Shown here: one piece after another, positions 26,401 through 35,400 of the stretch
Position numbering within the stretch: position 1 is the first letter of the stretch
Layout: each line of letters starts with the position of its first letter
Origin: a virus
Taxonomy: Duplodnaviria > Caudoviricetes
Direction: 5' to 3' (one strand)
Virus record (IMG/VR): IMGVR_UViG_3300027785_000054
Span: 1-38,979 of that record
DNA length: 38,979 nt
The notes under the pieces: model-generated
Databases searched by the model: none
Told to the model about the DNA's origin: nothing
Seen by the model: only the letters and a program-made list of their open reading frames with translations
Program-made: the position numbers and the translations under genes

Positions 26401-29400
26401 AAAGACCTAGTTAAATCTTATACGGCACATGAGATGAAGGACGCTGGCCTTGGTAGAACTGACCTTCATAAGTTTACTGCTGGGCAGTTGAAGACCCACG
26501 CTGAAACATATGGCTACGAAGACAGGCTCAAGTACGACAAGGATGGAGTTCCGTCTCTTAAAAGCAATGAGCAGTACAACGCCGAACAGCACAATAAAAG
26601 TAAGGCTTTAGGTGCAGAGTTGGGACCAGCCTTCCTTAAGAACCCAGCACTATTTAACGGCGTAGACCTTCAGGTTGTTACGGACGGAAAAAGTGATATA
26701 GGTACAATTGAATCAAATTTTTCAAGCCTTGATGCCGCAAGCAGAGACCCCAACGGCTCTACATCCGACACCCTAGGCTCCAGAGATGGTGCAATGCTTT
26801 ACCAAAGCACAGACTTTGGTGATGTTGGCCCTTCCCTTGACGACCTTCATGCCGCTCAGAAGTCTGGTGCTGATGCAAGCGGAGTATATCCTCCTAGAAC
26901 TTCCTCCTCTTACGGAGCCAGAGGAAGGCCAAGAACTGCCCTTACAGGCAAGATGGCTATTGACCTTGCGGAAGCGATGAAGACAGGCAAGAAAATCATA
27001 ATGCGTGGCATTCCTAGTGAAGCATTGTTTAATATAATTGAGAAGTATATTCCTAAGACTGTTGCTGACAATGTGAGAATGCTTGCTCCTCTTATTGTTG
27101 ATGGTGGCATCTCTAAGGCTAATGTAGTCTCTGGTAGTTACCATGGATTTGACCAAGTGGACAAGAATGGCGTTAAGCAAAGCCGTAAGTCTGGCGACAG
27201 TTTTAATGCTAGACAGGTTAACTTTGTCCCCTACGACCTAGAACTCTCTTGGACTCTTGATAATATCAAGAACCCTACAGTCAATTACGAGAATCCTCAC
27301 TTTGCCTACAATGCCAAGGTGATGGATGTTGATGCCCTCAACAGACGAAACCATATACTTTGGAACGAGAACGCTGAACTCCGTTCCCTCTACGGAGATG
27401 TTCACCAGTTTGAAGAGGATGTGTTCAGAACCATTGACGAGTACAGTGCATACAAAGAAATCCCTGCTACTGAATTCTTTGGTGACAATGCCGATGCTAG
27501 ACTTAAGCGTAAGTATGTTACTGCCGCTTTAGGTGCTTCTCCGAACATTGCCCACAAGAGTGCCTTTAGTGTTGCTGAAGCGGAATGGCACTCCTACCAG
27601 CATTTCGACAGAAAGGCGACCCAGAACAACCCTTGGCATAGACTACGCCTTGATGGCCTTACTGGAGCCAAGTCTGTTGATGGTGAGCGTATGAGAATGC
27701 GTGTCAACGAAACGATGTATTACAGAAGCATGAAGCCTACTCCGACTACGGATACTGGCCCTATGTGGAAGGATAGCACTGGCAAGCCAGCCATGTATCA
27801 AGAAGGCGACATTGTCAATGGAGTTAAGATGACCCCTCAGCCTCTTGGTCGCAGATACGACATGAATTCTGAGAAGTGGAAGTCTGGCTTTATCGGAAGA
27901 CTTGCTGAAGCGAATCAGACATGGGTTGGTAAAGATACTCCCGCTGGTCAGATTGAAACCCTCAAAGACAAGGTTGTTCAATTTAAAGTTGGGCCTAAGT
28001 TTGCTTCGTTATCTATTATTGAAAAACTTAAGAACGGAAAACTTGGAGATGAAATTGTATATGTCATTTCAGAAGTAAAAAAGAGAAGAAATGGCGAAGC
28101 CGTTGCAGATGTTGCTGTAACCACAGCCTCTTGGAAGCGTAACAGAGGATGGGGCAATGTTGGCTATTCTGAGTTCCTTGAGAGAGTCAGAGCCCTAGAC
28201 TTTAAAGCGTTTGAAGGCGAGATTATCAACCATGAAGGTTTCCCTATGAGGATGCGTGACACTGTCGCTGGTGCTGGAAACTCTTATATCATGGGTCCAG
28301 ATTGGGAAACCAGAATTGATGTAGCCACACAGGCAGAAGTTGTTAGAAGACTTGACAATGAAATTGAACTAAGTGAAGACCATGAAGGTGTCCGTGTTAG
28401 TTCTCCTATTAATCCTTCTGCGTTCTACCAAACTGAAGGCATTGGTGATGGTGCTATCCCTGTTAACCTAGAAAATCTTAGAGACTTTAGTGCCTCTACT
28501 AATGGAGAAAACTTTAATGTTGATAGCCTTGCAAAGCGTCTTGACGACCCTAGCAGACTGGCAAAAGAACTTGGTAAACTTAAGATGTTTAAGAAAGCCA
28601 AGCCTATTATGTATCAGATGGCTGATACTTTTGGTGCTAAATCTGAAATGGAAGCGGCGTTTCTTAAGAGCAACTTTAAATATGCTGAAGAAAAAGGAGA
28701 TGTTTTTCAATCTGAAGCACTTAAACGATTCCTTGCACAGTTTGACAATGGAACTGAAAAAGCAACACTGATAAGACATTCTCTTGAAGAGTGGCTTAAG
28801 GTTGGCGGGGAAATGGATACATATAATTCCGTGTTTCAAACAGGTAGACCTGTCGTTCTAATAGGAACACACGGAACTAAAAGCATTGAATTAATAAAAA
28901 CTGGCGAGTTTAGAGGAGAGATGCTTGGTGGAAACACTGGTGCGGCTTCTGCTGAACGAGGCCATTTCCATTCTGGCAAGCAAACAACCTCCCACACATA
29001 CGGAAAGGTAGAAGGAAAGATTCACGAAGTTATTGATACTCTTAATAATGCTTTCAGAAACCTTAAGGACACAATAACAGACCCTCGTTTTTCTGACCAT
29101 GAAAGCATGGTTAAGCATCTGAAAGATTCTTTTGAAGAAGCAATGCTTCTTGCCAAGGATAGCATGTCAAGAGAAGATAGAGACCTTCATAGGTATTGGT
29201 TTGGTGAAACGGAAAGACTTCTCAGACAAGTTGAGCCAGAACTTAGGGCTAATGAAAAAAGAATAGAGGCTGTAAACAATATTTGGAAGGGTCTTGCTGA
29301 TGAAATTGACGCAAAGTACCCTAAGTCCATCATGATGGATTCCGTTAACACAACTGGCGTTCGCTATCAATACCCTGTTAATTCTCCTACTTCTGATGTT

Positions 29401-32400
29401 TCTAGCATGATGAGAAGGCTTCATGGTCAAGGACTATCTGCAACAACTGAGGTAATCTCTAGACTCCCCACAAAGGAAATGAGAGGAGAGATTCAATCTC
29501 TTGTAGAGAAAAAGTTTGGCGAAAAAGCATCACAGCAATCTCTGAAGGCATATGAAGATGGTCTTTCTAAGACCCTAAAGCCACTTCAAGAGGATGCACA
29601 AGCCGCATATCATAAGGCTGTTGCTGGAGTTAGAAAGTCTGCGTCAAACGAATTTGAAATTCAGCAACTTCGTTCTGCTGTTGGATTTAGAAATCCTTTG
29701 GTTTACGATTTTAAGGGCTCCGAATACAGAGAAATCAAATACGACACTCTACTTCTGAAAGCAATGAAGGATGGTCATGATAGCGTTATCATGCTAAACA
29801 CATTTGATGGTGGTGCTGAAGTTGATAACATCTATGTTACACTCAAGGGCAACGAAGGTACGCATATTGCCGTTCTTGATACAAATCTTACTGGAAAAGC
29901 AAAGCGTAGAGGCATTAACGGCGAAGAGGGTGGAAGGTGGCTACAGCAGACTACAGACGACATGCTTCCCGCTGGCTCGTTTGGTCCTAACAATCCCGAC
30001 ACTGTTAGATTGCGTAGAAGCATTGACAAGAAGACTGGTAAGACTGGCGATGGGAAGTTTGTTATTAAGATTAACCCAGCCAAATCTTTTAAGATAGGCA
30101 TGGAGTATGAACGCATGAAGCACGACCCTTATAACCCTAAGGTTAGAGCGGCGTATAAGGCTTTTGCCGATGAAACACTTGCCCAGATGCAAGAAATTGT
30201 TGAGGCTGGCTATATTCCTGAGATGCACTACAAGGAAACTGAGCCTTATGGTAGCAGTGCTGAAGCCATATCTGATATTAGAGACAACAAGAAACTTAAG
30301 GTGCTTGCTACTGACCTTAACTTTGGCACAAGAAAAGTTACACCTAAGGATGTTACAGAGAACCCGCTCCTTGGTATGTCAAAGTTTAAGGATTCCAATG
30401 GTGTCCCGATGCGTATCAATGATGTATTTAGATTCGTTCATGACTTCTTTGGTCATAGCGAAAGAGGCAACGGATTTGGACCCCTTGGAGAAGAGAACGC
30501 TTGGGATGTTCATGCAAGAATGTATAGCCCTGAAGCCAAGCGAGCGATGACTGCTGGCACTAGAGGCCAGAACTCTTGGGTCAATTTTGTCAACGAGCCT
30601 AACATTGAAATCAATAGGAAGCGTTCCATGGTTAGAAATCTCATGAAGGAAGGTCGTATTCCTGAGGCAATGGAGATTCAAAAAACCATTGGGCAGATTA
30701 GATTTGCTGACCAGAAGATTGGCCTCATGCCAGAATGGACAAGCAAACTTGACGAACAACTTACTCCTATTGAAAAACAATCATATGGTACGCATGTAAC
30801 ATCTGAAAAAACCTTTGGTCTTTATCAGGGTGGCGATGACATGAGTCATTCCGTATGGGTTCCTGAGGCCGATGAGTTTTCTGCGGCTGGCATTCAGGCT
30901 CAAGCCTCCTCTAAGTTTGGCACATCTGTTGAAATTAAGAGCGGTCCTGCTTATGCTGGCTACAAACTCTTTATGGCTGGAGACAAGAGGGCCATGGGTT
31001 CCGTTTCTCCGACTGGAGAACTGGGCTCAGTGATTAAGGGTGTCAATGGTACGGCACACGATGTAGAGGCTGTTGTTAAGGCGGCATTGTCTACTGGCAA
31101 GGTTAGATGGCTCAATGCTTTTGATACAGTTCTTCCTAGCATGTATGATAAGTTTGGCTTTGAGGCCGTTGCTAGAATTAGATTTGTTGACGAGTATAGA
31201 CCTGATGGCTGGGACTATTCTAAGTACGCCAAGTTCAACGCAGGTCGTCCTGATGTTGTCTTCATGGCATATGTCGGTGAAGGCAAGGCTAAGGCTTACG
31301 AAAAGAATAAGGAGCGTATTCCGCTTGTTGATTCATATGATGATGCGGTTGCTCTTGTTCAGGCTAAAGCCTCTGAGGCTAGAAACAAAGGCTACATGAT
31401 GCAGGAAACGGACCTCAGCGGTCCTGACCCCTTCAAGTTTAACAAGTTGCGTGGCGACACAGTTAAGGAACTGGCGTTCAGGGATACTATGTTTGAATAC
31501 GCTGAGTTTGTTAGAAAGACTGACGAGCGTATTAAGATGGGTCAAGAACCAAGACCTCGCAATGCGGTGCTGGCTACTTACTTTAACAAGAACAAAGACA
31601 AAACCTTTGGTCATTCTGTAATGACATGGGATAAGATTTCCGTCTGGGACAGAAGCGGCACAGGCCCAGCAAAAAGACTAATAAAGATTGAAGAGTTCAC
31701 ACAAGAGCATCTGGCAGACATTAAGGAACAGATTGTCAGAAGTGACCCTAACTTTAAAAAGGAATTTACTCGCTGGGGACAGGAGAATAAAAATACAGCA
31801 GAGTTAAAAGCAATAGACCTTGCTAGGCAAATTGCGGACGAACAAGCCGCCTTTGAAAGAGAGGGAGATGCTCTTCTCGCCAAGGGTATTTACGGAAACG
31901 AAACAGCAAGAGACAGAATGAAGAGACTGTTTAAGGAAAGATTTAATGCTAAGGCAATAAAGTATCTTCTTTCTGTAGGCGGTGAAGAAGTTACTAAAAT
32001 CTTTAAGACCATTGACAAGAACTACGACAAAAACACGGCTAAACTTGAAGCCGCTAGAAAAGAAAAAGACCTGCGTACCCGCAAGATGGAAAGAATTAAA
32101 GACCAAGTTGAGGTTGAATTCCTTAAGGAAAATGAAGCGGCTGAAAATGAAGGCTTAACTCATGAAGATGATGCCTATCCCCATAAAGAGTTTGACGATG
32201 AAGTTCACCTTGAAGTTCTAAGAAGACTTGAAGAGTCTGAAGCCAAGGAAACTAATGTTGAAGAAGCCTTTGACCTTAAGGAAGAAGACTTTACCGATGA
32301 GATTGAGGCTCTTACAAAAGAAGACGCAGAAAAACTTGCGGCCAGAAGAGCGGCAGGTCACAGAAGAAACTCTGCCGAAGTGTACGGCTTTGCTGACGAG

Positions 32401-35400
32401 CAAGGAAATGTCAAGGCTGAGGATGTTGTAAAGTATGAACCGATGACTCCAGAACAACTGGAGACCATGATGAAGGAGGAAAACGAAGAGTCCTTTGACA
32501 AGGAAGGTATGCGAATTTGGGACAAGGAAGAGTTTGATGCTGAACTCCAGAAGCGTATTAGAATTAATAACTCTCTTGCTGAAATCAAAAAGCAGGTCGA
32601 GGCTGGAACATACAACCCTGACGGCTCTAAAAACCAAAACTTTGGTACTAACCTTAAGTCTGGCTCACTTCAGTATATGGCTGGATATAAATATGCTAAT
32701 TCCCAGTGGTTTAATGACAAGGGAGAGTCTATCCTTAGAGAGTTAACACTTGACGGAAAAACCATGATGATTGAAGGAGTTATTCCTTCCGTACACGACA
32801 GTAAGAATTCTGGCAACAATGAAATTGTCATGAAGTATGCTGGGATGCCAGACAAAAAGGTCAAGATTTCTGATGTTCCTCCTGAGGTGCTGGCTGAAAT
32901 TAGAAAGAATGCCGTCAGCGTATACCCTGAAGAGTACACTGAGTTAATTAAGAAGCAGGAAGCACAACTACAAAGACTCAGAGAAGGTGCTATGCTTAAT
33001 ACCCCAGTTGAACATCTTGATACGCTCTTTGGTCTCTTGGCTCTTTATGGCATGGAGTTTAATAGGCATCTTCTTGATAAGAACTTTAAGGCTGGAGTTA
33101 ACGAGCAGTCTCTTGAAGGTCTTTCTGGCAAGGAAGTTTACGAAGAGGCTCTAAGACAATCTGGAAGGCTTATTGTTGGGTTTGATAGAAGTGCTAAATT
33201 TACAGAAGCATTGCAGAATCACCCAGACCTGTTCATGTCTACAATTGAAATTCTTAGTGCCATAAAAGAGGGTGCTGAGTACATTGAGAAGAACGCAAAG
33301 GGTACTATTGAGTTTGAACACAGGGTCAGCCTTGCAAGAGAAAAGGGCGTAACGATTGACGCTAACATGGAGGTCAAGGAAGTTCTTGGAGACAATCCAA
33401 TAATCAAGGGATGGCTTGGCGAGTACCTTAGAAAGTACCCTGAGAACAAAGAACTTCTTACAACTGACTCCTCTAAGCCTCTTTCCAAAGAAGCAATTGA
33501 AAAGAAGGTTGAAAGCAGATTCAAGGATTACAAGAAAGCCTTTAAGGAGAAAAACAAAGGCAAACTTCCTACCGAAGAACAACGAAAAAAGTTTAAAGAA
33601 GAAACAGAAATTAAAATTATCAGAGAGCATGCAATAAAGTCTGGCTCTGGAGAAATCACATTTGTTGGCAACTTCTTTGACCAAGGAACAGGCAAACACC
33701 ATGTTTATGGTCAGGCTGATAGCGTTGAATATCGCTACTACAAGAAACTAAAGGCTAGAAACGATGAGATTAAGGATAGAAATCGTTATGTCGAAAAAGA
33801 CCCAGTTACTGGCAAGCATCTTGTTGAAATTGAAAGAGGATATAAGCCTTCTCAAATTGCTACTGGTGAAGCATGGAAAGATTTCCAAAAGGAAGCACCC
33901 TTCTTTGGTCCTATCCTTGAAAGAGAAGCACCAAGAGATGACTCAGAACTAAAGAGACAGGCTAAGGCTGTTGCTGGAGAAATACGCTACGACTTCATTG
34001 AAAACATGTTTGACGAAATGAATCGAATGATTCTTGACGAGGCTGATGCCATGCAAGAAGAGAGAGGCATGATTCTGAAGGATTGGAAAGAAATTGCTAA
34101 GGAAAAACAAGTTGAGCGTAGAGAAGGCCAATCCGACAAGGCTAAGGCTCGCACTACTGCTATTGAAGCCGCTGTAAACGAAGACGCTCCTAATATTAGC
34201 GGATACGATGATGTTGATATCACGGAGCCCACACCTGAACTTAAGCCTAAGTCTGGTGTTGCCGCACTTCTTGGTGCTATCGACAACGCTACAACTGAAG
34301 CAGAAATGCATGAGGCTCTTGGCATTACTAAGCCTAAGGAAAAGAAGGTAGAGAAGAAGAAGTATGCTCCTGTGGCTGAGGCTCCTGTTACTCCGAAGGT
34401 TATGCCCATGACTTCTGAAAGGGTTACTCAATCTATCTCTCAACTCGTTGACATTGGTGAAACTCACCCTGAAAGACCTAACGAAAGAATTATAACTGTC
34501 ATTGAAAACGGAGAGCGTAAGGCAGGTGCATTCCAAGTTAGCATGCAAGGTGAAGGCGACACTGCCACCCTGTACATTGACGCTATCTATGGATTTGAAG
34601 GCAAAGGTGGAGGCAGAATGGCAATGGAAAGAATTCTTTCCCACGCCGACAAGAATGAGATTCAGGTAACCCTTGAAGTTTCTCCCTTCTACGCTGAGGG
34701 TGGTCGCAAGTTAGACCACGCTAGACTGATGAAGTGGTATGAATCCTTTGGCTTTGTGCCTTGGACTGAGGCCAGCACCCCTACCAACTCCTACATGGTT
34801 AGATATCCTAAGGAGTTTAAGGGTGATATGGCTCCTGCCAAGCCTTCCCTGCCTTACAGCAAGGAAGCCCTTAAGCGTAACATGGCGTTTAATCACACCA
34901 AGATGCCTGTGTCTGGCGACATGTACCATGAGCCTATTGGCCCGAAGCCTGAACTTAGCCAGCCAAGAGCAATTGAAACATCTGGTCGGGAATCGTCTGT
35001 TGCAGACTTGCTTGACAAGTATCAAGTTCCTGTCCCAGCAAAGGCTCCAGCACCTCAGGCTCCTACTACCCTTAAGTTAGAGTACAACCCGCCTCCTGCC
35101 TATGATAAGCCTATTGGCCCTGAAAGGCCCATTCAACTTGGCTACACCCCTGAGGGTGGCAATGACTACGACAAGCCTATTGGCCCACGCAGACCTGCTG
35201 GTAGACCCAGAAGAGAGAAGCCCCCTGTTGGCACTCCGACTAAGGCCAAGCCTGTCACTCCGACCAAGGCTGAAGTCAGACAAGTCGAGGCGACAAAGGA
35301 AAAGGTCAAGAACATTACTGAAGCCGCTATCAAGACTGGCACAGTTAAGCCTGTTGACGCTGTTGGTGCATCTCAAGTAGTGGTGCAACAGGCTGGCCCT

